This document shows, in pieces, positions 50,093 to 63,545 of a DNA stretch of 64,000 nt. Numbering within the stretch: position 1 is the stretch's first letter; each line of letters opens with the position of its first letter. Source of the DNA: Phoronis australis (Eukaryota; Animalia; Phoronida). The stretch spans positions 11,672 to 75,671 of the forward strand of contig NMRA01000962.1 of assembly GCA_002633005.1 (NCBI GenBank), read 5' to 3'. A program made the position numbers and the translations under genes. A model generated the notes under the pieces. That model had not been told where the DNA came from and ran no database searches. It worked only from the letters and a program-made list of their open reading frames with translations.

Positions 50093-53000
50093 CTCGTACG
50101 GACGCCGAGCGGACGTTCGGCGGTTGTGTTTGGTTGTCGTAGTTGTCGACAACCGAATGTCCGGCAGTAAGCACCGCGATCGCCTCCAGCGTTCTCCACG
50201 ACCTGTTTTAATATCACGCGTCGAGCCTGAAAATGGTGTTGTGGGTGATTAACTGCTAGGCCAGGTAGTCGCCTTGGACACCCATGACCTGAGAAATTGA
50301 AGTAAACGGACTCGAACTTCAAAGGGTTTCCCGTAACCGTAAAGCTGGTTGCCGACGCGAACGTAAACCGGCGCTCTCTAACCAACACGTGTATTCGAGT
50401 AGACAAGTACGAAATTTGAAGTAGGAGAAAATACATGTTGAAAAATACAGGCCAATAATCTAGAACAGACCTGCCACACGAATGTCATCTAAGTCGTTGA
50501 AGATGCAAACAACATATCTATGAACAACTTACTCCATTTGTTCGCGCTGTTCAAAGTTGTGCAACTCGAACGTTTGAAATGCTTATGTCAAAAAACTTCT
50601 GCTCAGGCCGAATTACGTATTGATGCGCGAGAATGATACAGTGCAAATTTCCCAGGAAAAAATGTCGCGTCTAATGTTGGTTGCGTATTCAATAACTAAT
50701 TTTTCATGAAATGAAAAGGCTTGAAATATTTATACTTTGTGCGGAATTCCATTATTAGGTGATTTGAGTTTGCTCCTTTGTCACAGATTACGTGCCCTTG
50801 TAGATATAAAAATAAGTCAACCGCAAAGTGTTACTTGTAGAACACTTGGTACTTCGACTTCAAATGTAAACAAGGTGGTCGGGATGTGGCACTTCAACCA
50901 GCAAGAAAAGAACACTTTTGTGTTGAAGAAAAAATGAGTTTTGTAGTATGAGAGACGGTGGTAAACTTTAGACCTGGTTAGTGTCAATTTCGGCAACTTA
51001 ATTCTTAAATGCACAACAGAAAACGTTAATAAGACGATACTTCCGGCGACCAGTGTTTCGGTGGACCCTGAAATGCGAATGACACAGTCGACAATACGAG
51101 TGGAAAAAGACCTCAATGGTACGGGCACCCAGTCAACGACGGTCGTACTTTTAGTTTCTACTTTTTACGAGCCCATATCCGAGAATACGAGTGAGAATTT
51201 ATGTCGATCCTCGTATTTTCGAGAGGACATTATTTTTTGACTGTGACGAGAGCTGTTGGTAAATTATAAACAGGAAGACCTCGCGGAAACAAGCCGTTGC
51301 TTAAACGGTAACAGTTTCAAGGCCTTTGCGCAGCGGAAAGTGCAAAAAATAGTTTTTAAACTATTTAAAAAATAAAAAATCCTACTTTGTAAATTCAATA
51401 CTGCTTAATAAACTTAATCCTGCTTAGAACAAAAAATCAATCTTACTTTGCACATTCAAGCTTTCATGTTCAATCCTATTTTATAAATTCAATCCTATTT
51501 CATGAATTCAAGCATTCAGTGAAATTTGATGCTTTGAGGTATTAAAACCATTTCTAAAATTTATTGATCGATTTACAGAATCCTGTTCTCTTCACCAGCC
51601 TTCATTAAACGTTTTGTATTGAAACTTTGACGAACATACTTAAAACCGTGCCTGGGATTTTCCATAACTAGTGCCGATGTTTTCAAAAGCCTCAACATTT
51701 TCCTAAGAACAGTAACATTCTTGGTTTTAAATAAAACACAAAAATGAAAGCTCTAATAAAAAATGAAACACGAGTTCAATATTAAACCACTGTGTTGTCA
51801 GAAAATTCAAACACGATTACAATCCGTTGACTCCTCGAAATATCGTGTTCCGAACTTTGGAGTCGTGCTCGATCAGTAGTCGCTGAAAACTTAGTTTTGT
51901 ATCAACAGTCGAACACTAGCCGTTGCGTTATCAATTTATGCTCCAAACTGCGCCTTACGGTCGTGACTGTGTTCCTTTCTTTCCTAAATTTACTAACGTG
52001 GAGAGAAGCCACTATGGTATTTTAATACTAAAACTTAATGCGCGCTGTTTGAAGTCGATCAGGTGATTCACCGTGGATGTGGTAAATGTACAGCAAGCCC
52101 ACAGGTCAAACGCCATGTTTATCACGGAATAAATTGCATGAAATTACACAGACATATTCGCCGATAGCTGAGTGACGAAATATCATAACCTGGTATTGTA
52201 TTTGTAGCAATTTTATGAAGTTTTCGTGTTGAACTGATGGTGGGTTTTCTAATTCGACGATCTTCAGTTGCAGGCCTTTGACCGCTTCGGCATTTAGTTC
52301 GACTTCGTCTGGAACAGGGAATTGAGCTTTGCATTCGGTTTACACGCGAGCTCCATCTTGCATTCGGACACATACGTTTCTGCACAGTCTGTTTTTATGA
52401 GGCATAACACTGAAAAAAAGTTCAGATCTTTTACTATTTGCAGCTGTGGGTTGACAAGCAATAGAGCGGAAAACTTTTGTGCGACATTTGATTTCGATGA
52501 CAGATTTCAAATAAATGAACTGTGAGTGTTGGTGATAGCCTTTCCAAAACTTTGCATTTTCACTAAGAAAATAATTGTATGAAACTGAATTTATTTGAAT
52601 TTCTGGCGTATTTTGCTGCATGAGCAACCCGTATTTAAGAAATAACATTTTTGTGAAATACAGTAACACGTTAAGTTATAAACTCTCGTACCCGACTCGT
52701 CCCCCGCGAGATAAACTTAGGTATTACCTGACAATTCTTACGCCAGAACTTTTTTGTTCTTGTTGTAGTAATTCGTAACTTACAGTGAAATTCCGAAAAT
52801 AGGCCCACAGGCAAACGACCTTTCAAAATCGTCAAGTTATTAAGTTTTTTAAATGAACAAGTAAGTCCTTTTTAGTGTATGTAGTTACATTTCACTGTTA
52901 AGAACTCTTATTCGTCCCTACTTATTTCGCATTCAGCAAACACAGTTCGTTATAATTGTCTTTCATACTGTGCTAATGTGGTTAGTTATCAACAAAGACG

Positions 53001-53600
53001 CCCAATATCTAATCAAACGATAGTCATTTGAGTGAATTGTAAAAGAACTGAGTGTGCAACACTGCTGTTGTCGAATGGAACTAGACTCGCTGAATTGATC
53101 CAAAAACCTGGTTTTGGTGGTATACTCCTTCAAAGCATTTAGTCTTCTTTTTATCGCCTGGGTAGATTTGCATCACTAAAATCAGATTTTCATGAATCAT
53201 TTTAATGTTAACACTGTCCTTTGTTTTCTGATTTCTGACAGAGTAACACCATCAGTGATAGTGTTATCAAAGCAACAAATGTAGAGAACGTTATGCATGC
53301 ATGCATTTTCAACCTTAATGATACCTTTGAAAATCCAAAATTTATAACATTTTAAATGTCATTATAAAAGTAATCGTGTGTTATACATTGATGCTAGTTG
53401 CTAAAGACACAATTGTAACATTTCATGATCTCGTTACACCATTTATTTTTTCCAAAACATAATATGCAAACAATTACATCTTATTATATGGCACAAGTCC
53501 TCTTCGTATGTACCTGACAACCCAATTAAAATATTAAACAGCTTATTATTTAAAATGATTTATTCTTATTAAAATGACATAGGCAAAAAATTGAATTTCA

Positions 53601-54210
53601 GGCCTCAAAAGCGAGGCCACCTATATTCTATATAGAACGCCCCGCCGAAAGGCGGCCAGAGAGCGGGGCCCTCCTATATTAACATAGGAGCCCGCCAAAA
53701 GGCGGCCGGAGAGCGGGCGCCCCCCCATATTAATATAGGGGCCCCGCCGAAAGGTGGCCGATGAGCGGGGCCTTCTATATTAATATAGAAGGCCCCGCTC
53801 TCCGACCACCTTTTGGCGAGGCCCCCCTATAATAATATAGGCGACCTCGCCGAAAGGCGGCCGGAGAGTGGGGCCCTCTATATTAATATAGAAGGCCCCG
53901 CCGAAAGGCAGTCAGAGAGTGGGGCACTCTATAATAATATAGAGGCCCCGCTCTCCGGCCGCCTTTCAGCGAGGCCGCCCGTATTATTATAGGAGGCCTC
54001 GCTGAAAGGCGATTGAAAAGCAAGGCCCCTATATTAATATAGGGGGCCTCACCGGAAGGCAGCTGGAGACCGGGTCCCCTATGGACCCCGCTCTCCGGCC
54101 GTCTTCTGGCGAGGCTTTCTATATTAATATGAGTGACCTCGCCCGACGAGCGAGGCCGTCAATTTTAATATAGGCAGCCCACTTGAAGGGAGCTACAGGG
54201 TCTATAGGCT
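53601..54210. repeat. Mixed-orientation palindromic minisatellite (~51-bp units)
   Basis: TATATTAATATA spacers alternate with GGCCCCGCCGAAAGGCGGCCGGAGAGCGGGGCC cassettes. Ten full cassettes in the order F F F R F F R F F R, plus truncated terminal units. Confidence 0.95.
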
Positions 54211-55299
54211 GCCGAAAAGCAAAGTGCGTTACATTATTAGGATACCCAACATTAGTTTGGAGGCACCACTGTTTGACTACCTTGGGTCACGGCCCCTGAC
54301 TATTACAGGAGGTCCCAATGTTCATACAACTCGTGGTTTCCTGTAAAATTGCATAATTGGCCCACTTTTTGACTGGCTTTAGGTAAGGCTCCCTATCATA
54401 ATACAAACATCTTTGTTCTTCAGTCGCCTTCGGGCTGGGCCCCTCCAATCACATGACAGAAAATGAATGGGCACGAAAATCATAGCCCATGTCTTCAAGT
54501 CAATTAAGACTTTCCATCACCACACAATGGACCTCGAGCTTTAATAAAAACCTCAAACGTAAGTTTGTAGATTCTATCAACTTCAAGTGTTAGGTATTTT
54601 GAGGGCTCACTGTGCTTTTCCAGCCAGTGCACTGCCTGTGATGATAAAATATTGCCACACAAGGGGACAAAACATGTATTAAATTTTGCAAAAAAATAAC
54701 TTATCGATCAGCTTGTTGATGATTGTCTCATTGTTGTACAAAATATCTTGTTTGGAAGACAAATGATTGTTGTCCGGTGATACACCCTATGGCCTTTCAC
54801 AATTTTGAGCATTCCCCTTTCCTTTAACATATTTTGTTCTTACTGGAAAGAACAATGGAATTTGTGCATTTTATTTATTGTGCCAATGTCATACTTACAT
54901 GTAAGCCAATGTTTTGTTTGATTTCATAATATTGCGGGTGTCAATAAATGACAATTAAGCAATGATTCATTATTAAGTTTTGACATGTGAACTATCATTA
55001 TATAAAATGCATCGTTTTACACAAACTCCGTGTCCCCCGCTCCAATACAGACCTTTGTTGCGTCCGTTTTGGCACCGTCCTGGTCCCAGGTATTGCACCG
55101 GCCCACTATTTGGATTCGAGGTGTTCTATTTTTTCTCGCGGGCCGTTTTTTCGCGGACGCGGAGGGAGGGTGGCCAGTTTCGTACTGGCCTTGGTGACGT
55201 CAGTCGGTCGGCTCAAAGGCCTGGGTGACGTCACTTCGTTGGCTTTATTTCACTTCCCCCCTTCTGTCGTGTCGAGCCTGCCGCCGCCAAAATTAATGA

Positions 55300-55910
55300 T
55301 GCTTCATTAAAATTGTTTACTCTTCCTTGAGTAAACTAAATTATTACCGGGGTGTTGGAAAATTGGAGTTCTTCAGTTATTCTGCTGCTAAAATTGCGAT
55401 TCGCTCTTTGGGCGCCATTGCGTCACTTATCGGGCCAATTTCCTTGTTCTTCAATCAACTGTGTAGGTTGCGTACATGTCATAACAATCGGAAGTGGTTT
55501 CATTTCGTTACAAGTTTTTACTATATCAATACCAAAAAAAACAATTTCAGAAAATATTCTCGAGAGATATCGCAAAGTTTTGGAAAAAAGCGCGTATATG
55601 CGCGTGTCACGAGACTGCACTGTTTTCAAAACGACGGCAGGATTTTCCTTTATTAAAAAAGGCGGAGAATTACGAAAAATAACGTTTATTAGATTTCGTT
55701 TACTTCTATAAATGGCTGTAACGGGCACTGTGAATGTCGATTCATTCCCAGATTCTGCATGCACCCCTGCAGGTTGTTAACTCTAAGTTTCACGACGAGG
55801 TGACGAGCTAAGCACCTGGGTTGTGTGAAATTTCGGTGTCTATCGGAGCTCTACACACGACTACCTAGCTGTATGTTGACAACAGTTTTCATACAGCTAG
55901 CTCAGTGGCT
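55300..55910 (+). repeat. Diverged copy of the TAGCC...GGCTA element family
   Basis: Shares TTATTCTGCTGCTAAA with 6611 and GTGTGAAATTT...TCATACAGCTAGCT..GGCT with 7845-7934. Inverse homologue of 59700-60457. Confidence 0.7.
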
Positions 55911-55962
55911 TTCTACCTCAGTAGGCTATGTACATTTATGATGCAACTTTTGTAAATACATC

Positions 55963-56123
55963 CTGGGGCGGATCCAGGATTTTGAGTTTGGGGGGACGGC
56001 ACTAATAGAGTATTAGCCAGAATTTTGCCCTTCAGACATTTGCACTCCCGAACTGCCAAATGGAAGCTGCGAGAATTTTATGGGGGGAATGGCCCCCTTG
56101 GCCCCCCTCTAAATCCGCCACTG
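55963..56123. mobile_element. 161-bp MITE
   Basis: Imperfect TIR CTGGGGCGGATCCAG / CTAAATCCGCCACTG with ACATC directly repeated on both flanks. A lone right end of the same type lies at ~59009-59032. Confidence 0.65.
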
Positions 56124-59088
56124 ACATCTATAATCTTCGTGTACTATACAATATTTTAAAAGCATTCTTAGTTTTCACTTTAAACTGAAGAATATCTGAT
56201 TACCGTACTTTGTGTTACGGCAGGGTTAGATGTCTGGAAAGAAATTTCTACTGCCTAGGGAAAGAATCCCACAGCCGCACACCTACTAAAATCTGACAGG
56301 TGACAGAAATTTTGCTTTAAGCTTTGAACACGGTCTCTTCAAGAAGTATTCCTTTCTCTCAGTGCGATGAACACTCGAGCGGTCCACTCTTAGGAGTAGC
56401 TATTTCCCCTCGCGTTTCCAACTAACTGGGTAACGGATAGTGATTGAAACAAAATTGAAAAGTGAATAGATTGGTTCCTCGTCCTCCAACCATCAAATGG
56501 CTCCTATGCCTATACCCTATTGCTCAGCCCCTCCACTATGAGGGTAATAAACCAATATTCTAAAAGTTATTTCCAACCCTTTCCCTTTGGCATCATGGTG
56601 GCACAAACACGGAAAACATTTTCATCTAATGGACCTATTTACTGAAAATCGCAAACCGGCCTATGATTTAAAAAATTGTCAGTTATACACATCGGCTGTA
56701 GATCAAGGGAATTTTGTCTGCATGTACGTTGTGAACGTACATTGTCCGCAGATGAGGTAACAAGTTTTGAAATTCAGTACGATTCCAAGTTCAACCACAA
56801 CAAAAACATGGCCATGGGTTTATTTCTGGTTACATTCGAAGTCTCCTAACTCAAAGCTACACAAGATACGTACTTCACTCAACTGCATGTCTTGTTTGGT
56901 AACAGCTGGGCTGTTTTGCAACAAAAAAAACTTTTGCTTCATAATTTGTACTCAATATTAGGCAGCCGGTAAGCATCACCCTGGATGCCGCAGGCATACA
57001 GGGGCGGTGAGTACATCCCATAAAAAGTTACTAATTTCAAAATACACGAAATAAAATTAAATGAAATTAGCATATATGCACATGGAGTTATACTTAGCAC
57101 ATACCATCAGTCTGGAGAAGATTCAGTTAAGATAATTTAAAGAAATCGTTGAAAATCTGTCGCGGTTTGCTTGACTTTTTCTTGGGGTGCCATTTTGAGG
57201 AAGTTACGTGAAATCCCTGATGTTGGCGAATAAAAAGTCCAAGGGACACAAATCTTGAAAATTTAACCTGATACCTTCCCACGCTTGTTTGCGTCATGCG
57301 CCAGCGTCACGCGCTTCGCTCAGTCTCGCGCTATAGCCTGCCTACTTTGTAGTTATCGCGTGCGTGGTGAAAAAGTTAACGGGTGACCAAAAAAGTGGAG
57401 TTGGAATTCTTCGCCTTTGTCAGCTTAATTCTCGTAACTAAGCTTCATCGAAGATATGTGTAAAAGTAGAAAGGACCACTGAAGAAAGTAAGCTCTTTTT
57501 TAAATGATAGATTTAAGTGTGAAATGTATTTTTGACCAGGTGAAAACTCCAAATCAGTCGCCGGATTTGGCCTACCGCCCGTTTAAAATATATGGGACGA
57601 AATTCATACAGAAAGCGATGGGAAGTATTGCAGCTATTGCAGCCCGTAAATGCCAACCGAGGGGCTACGTGTTGCTTAAGCAGATAGTAGCCCCTAATTA
57701 CTAGTGTGACCCACTGGAGCTACGTCGCATGTAAACCGGTGGAGTTGCCCAATCTTGACTGGTGAGGGTGTCCGTAATGTTGGATATTCTAATCATGCTG
57801 TTTTCGATAAATTCTCGTTGGGATATATCTGATCTTCCAGTATGATCATAGCGATCTCTTATCTACAAGTTATTTCAAAGTTTTAGAATAAGGTAATGGA
57901 CTTCCCTAAATATTTTAAAACAGGAGGTGATCAAAAACTAGCCATAACGTAACCAATTCATCAGTTCTAAAAATCACAGTGACTTTACTTTCAGCATAAA
58001 AGAGGAAGTCCACTGGGTTTTATTGTCATGTCAATGTGCTGACCTACAAATTGTTCTAAGTGCATGTCACATTCTAGCTCCTCACACTGTTTGTTCAACA
58101 TAACAACTGCCAGGGCTGGGAAACATCAATCTGTAGAGAACTTTCACCTCTACTCAGAAAACTTATACTTAAATTCAAAACTAATTTGCATCCAAAAAAA
58201 GGAAAAGAAAGAATTACTTTAGTTTAGATATGGGTTTGTTTCGAATTTTTTTTAAAAATTGTCTTTAGTCAAAAAGCCCACATTTGATGATAAAAAGTGA
58301 GATATTTGGCATGCTACTGTAAAAGAATGTAATTTGTTGGAGATTGGATGCTACAACAAAATTATATTATCCCAATAAGCACTGTTGAAGAAAAAATGGA
58401 GTAGTTGACTAACGGCAACCTTTAATTTAACATAGGCAAAAGCTAGTGTGTGTTCTAAATATCTTTTTAAGGTTTCTAGTGCCAAATGATGTTTTGTGGA
58501 TTTTCCAAGCTATTGTTTAACTTCCGAGATTTATGCCATGGGTGTAATACAGCTGACTGGTAAATGATAAAACTTGCATGCTTCTACATAAATTCCTCAC
58601 GTAGGTGTTCCCATCCCAAAATTCACTGAAAAGTTCAATTTGTCTCGAGATTTAGCAAAGTTGTGCATTGAACCACAACAAGAAATGAGGCCACCTGCTG
58701 CACTGTATTTATTAATATTACTATCGCGCATTGTTTGTTTGATCAAGAGTGTACTTAACACAAAGCTTCATTAGAAATAGTCTGTTGAATCGTGACAGAA
58801 ATTGCAGGGAATTTGAGCAAAAGTAACATAATCAGAATGTTGATTGTCAAAAAGTCCCGCAAAGCTAGGGGGAATTACATTAGAAATTCAACGATTTAAC
58901 CAGTTTAAGGAAACGTAGGGATATAGGGGGACTCGAGTTTTTGGGTTTGCGGACCTTATTACTTAAAATACGGGATTTGTTCAAGGCCTATGAATTGCAT
59001 GTGCATTCACCCCCCCNCTAAATCCACTACTGTTCTCAACAGTATGAGAGAAACTCTCCAATGTAGCAAAATATCTTAAAACAAGGTC

Positions 59089-59495
59089 ATGAACATTCCC
59101 ACTAAATGAGGTTGTCAAACCCTACTGATCAGGGAAAACAGTGGGCCCCTGGTTCAACAGATTGAACTAGAGGGTATTTATCCACCTTGAATGTGTTGCA
59201 CTGGCTGGGTTGAGGATCAAAGGATACCTCCTAGCTGCTCTGTTCATCCAGTCACTTTTGAGGATAATTGGCTTCGCTCATGCGAATATGATCAGCTGAT
59301 TACAATCTAGCCTAGATGACCATACTTTTTATGGAGAGCATTTTGTGTAGTTTTTGATGCAATATTTGAAAAGATGAGTGAAATAAATAATTCGTAAAAC
59401 TTTTAATTTTTCAAATCAGCCCAGGAGAATGATTTTGCAACACAGCAACTCCCAGGATTACGTTTATTCGGCACAAAACAATAGGACCCAAGTTA
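59089..59495 (+). repeat. Interspersed repeat; diverged direct copy at 63546-63938
   Basis: Shared ATGAACATTCCCACTAAAT, GAGGATAATTGGCTTCGCTCA, TATGATCAGCTGATTACAATCTAGC and ATAGGACCCAAGTTA. Confidence 0.85.
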
Positions 59496-59699
59496 GGATA
59501 GTATAAATGTAGACCTACCGATACTCGGTGTGTTACTTAGATTTTGAGCATAACCTATTTTCTCGGTGATCTTAAAATCAATTTTGGCACGTAAAAATGG
59601 CGGTAAAATTTTGCGACCTGGCATTTATGAATGGGTGCTGGATTTTGAAAATGCTACCTGGGATTTTGGCTGGGTTGCAAAATGCGATCTGCCGATTTT

Positions 59700-60457
59700 C
59701 ATTAGTCTTCATATAGCTATCTGGGTGCCTTAGGTACCACTGTGTATCTCTGTTAGACCCCGAAATTTCACACAGCTCCTGTAGTTCTACTTATATATAT
59801 TATTAACATGTAGAGCGTAGGAGTATTACGCTGTACTACTCCGTGGTGCAATTAACGACCGTCGGCGTGTGCATGCAAAATCTAGGAAATAGCCGACACT
59901 CACCTAGCCCTTTGTAGCCGTTAAAGTAAAAAAATCTAATAAACATCATTTTGTTGCATAATTCTTTGTCTTTTTGTAACAAAGAAAAGTCCGTCATCGT
60001 TTCGCTTGTGACACGCGCACACGCCATTTATTAATTTGCGACATCTCTCAGGATATGCTGACAGCTTCGCAGCAGCAAATTTTGTTCTAAAATTCAGTTT
60101 CCTGGTATTAAAATACTGAAAACTTGTAACGAAATAACACCAGTTCCGATAATTTGTTGTGACATGTACTCAACCTAGTGGGAGAACAGTAGATTGAGGA
60201 ATTGGTGAATAAAGAAACTGGCCAATTGGTAATACAATGTTTTATGGCGCCGAAAGCCAAGCAAAAGATCGCATCACAATTTTAGCTGCAGAATAATGGA
60301 AGAACAACGCCAATTTTTCTAACACTGCGGTAAATAATTAAGTTTACTCCAGTAAGAGTGTCGTTTTTGGTGACTAATTTTTTGTAACATTTTTGGTTAT
60401 TTTTTACCTGCATCGCTGTAAAGCTGTATACCTAGTATACAACTTTGCACCAAGGCT
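59700..60457 (-). repeat. Inverted diverged copy of the TAGCC...GGCTA element family
   Basis: The reverse complement begins AGCCTTGGTGCAAAGTTGTATAC, as at 6458, and its body matches 55300-55880. Confidence 0.7.
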
Positions 60458-62631
60458 TGGTGATGCTGCGAGATATTTTTTGTTGCTCATACAGATTGTT
60501 GCTAATTTTTGCTTATTTTCATAACCTATGAGGATAGTGGAAATAACAATGTTGCAATTTGAATTTTAATGTTTGCTTAATTCAGAAAATCAGAGGTCAG
60601 TATACCTTGACTTTTTGAAATGCTTAAGGCCAAAGAGTAGCTGATGCCCACCCTCTCAAAATTGCCCTGAAGGTATTAACTCTACCATACAGCTTTATTT
60701 ACCTGGTCTTGGCTAATTATCATTTTATGGCCTGGTAATCCATTCAGCCAAAAGTAGGTCCATAGGTTGCTTATCAGCCAATTATACCTGCATGCTGACT
60801 CACAATAGAAGCCTGATAAGAGGGGAGGTGGATACATACAGTGTACCTATAGTTTCTTGTTGTAGTGGATTTGTTCAGGACATGACTTTAACCAAGTAAA
60901 AGTATACAGTGTCTGAAATAAGGCCGTAGAATTTGGTGTTTGGCTTAATGACTTGACACCTTTTATTCTTTGGGTGACATGAGCATATCAGTTTCATTGA
61001 AATTTAGCTACAAAGAAAGGCACATCCCTGGGAAAAAGTGGTATAATTCACAAGACCAAACTTTGCTTGATATACATGCAAGATAAGCTCTCAAAAATGT
61101 TGTTAACATTTTTTTAGTTATCACTTCATTTTTGCTTTATGCAACTTGTTGGAAAATCATATCTAGGTGCAACAACATCCCTAAAAATTGTTAATTTTTG
61201 TAAAATTTCAAAAATAAACCACAAATACATACCTAACCACAGAAAGCTCTGAATTTATTGCTCCTTGTTTTAAGATTTTTCTCTCAGTCGTTTTAAGTAT
61301 ACCTCTATTGCACTTTATTTCAATTTTCAATGGAACCTACTCTTCAACACCTTTGCTGATTTAAAACATGATTTCAACAATCCTATTATTTAAACCATGT
61401 CACAAATTCTTGTGACCTACTCTTGCAGCTCAACAGAATTTGCAAAATAATTCCAGTATTGCCTTGAGTCAAAGGGAGGTTTAGTTCTTTTAATATTCTC
61501 TTAAGCTATTGTAAACAAATCTGAAGTGACACAACAAGATAATTTCAACCAAGCATGGGTCATTCCATTGCTATAACCACCATTTGTTACTTATGTTGAA
61601 ATGCTTAACCTGCTAGGTTATGTTTGATCAATGCCTAGCTGTTCCTGTAACACAACTTGGATAAGTATATCACAAGGGGCAGCTTTTACAATCGAGCTTT
61701 TGATCTATCTGTGAGGCCATATTTATACTTGGAAGTATGACTGAGATTTCCATGGTGTTTTGCTACCATAATCATTATATCCACTTAGAAATTGGTTTGC
61801 AGGTCACGTGAGTTCTGAAACGTTAAACGCTAGTACCTTTACGCTTAAAATTTTCACTCATAATTTTTTGTTTGTAATTTTGCGCTCTTGTTTTTGGACA
61901 CTCGCATTTTGCGCATGTTATGAAGGGTTAGGTACGAGGAAGCACACGAATACAAAAGGTTTAAAATATCAAAAACTGACAATTTTTTAACTTAGTCTAG
62001 GTCGTAGTTATGCTCATAATAATGAGCGAACAATTTTTGTTGAAAAATAAACTAAGTCTCGGCCGTAAATACAAGTGAACAATTCTATTCGCAATGTCAA
62101 CTCGTTGAGTATACGTACACCACAGATCATATATTTTGTTCGACTACAGGTTGCCAATGAGTCGATGGCGGGTCGTCAAAATAGCCAAACAATAGGCCAA
62201 TTTTTAACTGACGTCCATGCTGAGCATACATCAGCCAATCCAGTTTTACGGTGGTTTGCTGCTATTTTTCGGCTAGAATTCAGTTGCTTAAGAGGTTGTG
62301 CTGTCCTCACATTTGCACTGGGATCGTCTGCGCACAGGATGAAATCAATTAACCTAGTTTAATATGCGACTGCTATACAAGTTCACATTGGTTGCATAAC
62401 ACATGAAGGTTTAAGGTGAGCGGTAACCGTACACAAGATAATGGATATTGCAACCTGTTTTGAAAACAAGACGTGAAAGTTTTCTCCATATTCGCGTTAC
62501 GGTCAATACAACACCATGTTCAATTTGAAAAACTTTTAACGAAGTGTCCATTCACACATTTTGTTTGTGTTAGGTAGAATTGCTGCTGCATTCTTAAAGT
62601 TTTGCTTCAGCACAGACACGCCCTTACAAAA

Positions 62632-63057
62632 ATGAACTTAAGTTTTTCGCTGAAAACTTAAGTTTTTGGCGAAAAAACCTAAGTTTTTGGAAAATAACTT
62701 AAGTATTGGAGGAAAAAATTAAGTTCTTCCGAAAAACTTAAGTTTTTGAAAGAAACTTAAGTTTTTATAACTTAAGTTTTTCGCCAAAAACTTAATATTT
62801 TCAGCACAATGTTAAGTTTTTCAGAAAACTTAAGTTTTTACAAATAAACTTAAGTTTCAAGTAATAACTTAAATTTTCGTGAAAACTTAAGTTTTTCGTA
62901 CTAACAAACCTTAAGTTTTTCTGATAACTTAACTTTATCACAAAACTTAAGTTTTTGTAATTTTAAAAACTTGAGTTTTCCTGACTTCTTAAGTTTTTCA
63001 GAAAACTGGATTTTTTCATTTTGTGGAAAACTTGAATTTTATTAAAACTCTAAGGTT
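62632..63057. repeat. Minisatellite of ~20-23-bp units with palindromic core AAAACTTAAGTTTT
   Basis: About 18-20 copies of the self-complementary core separated by short variable linkers. Confidence 0.92.
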
Positions 63058-63545
63058 TCTATGCGATGAAAATTAACGTTTTCAAGTTTTTAAAATTTGA
63101 ACATTGTGAGATATTTAATTTTTGGTTCGAAATTTTTCCCATTATTTTCCAACAAAAAATTATTGTTTGCTCATGCAAAACCCATCATCTCATAAAAATG
63201 TTGCCGGAATGTTTCCTTAACATTTATATAGATACAAACCATAAAACGACGAAGTTAACCTGGTTAGTACATAATTAGTGCAGTTATGTAATCATTACGG
63301 CACGTCTTTGTGAATTTAAATGTAGACGAACATCCGGTGACCAACAGCAGTAGAATGCACCCAATGTTAATCCCCTGAGACATTGACCTGGTCAGTACAA
63401 TTTAATCAAGGGAACTCATGCAATTCTTAAAAAACGTAGTTATTGTGCAAGTTTCCTTTGTGTTGAGTTGTATTCGTAAGGCAGTTTCCACCGGAAGTCA
63501 ACAGTTTGAATTTTATAACCGACAGTCAACTTCGAAGAACATGCT

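Noticed and set aside
49882-50436. 184-aa ORF with SIDL heptad repeats
   Set aside because: The repeats are the translation of the 21-bp minisatellite.
53601-54210. CRISPR array
   Set aside because: The intervening segments are copies of one cassette rather than unique spacers. There are no cas genes and the context is eukaryotic.
62632-63057. CRISPR-like repeat-spacer array
   Set aside because: The linkers are only 5-10 nt and low in complexity.
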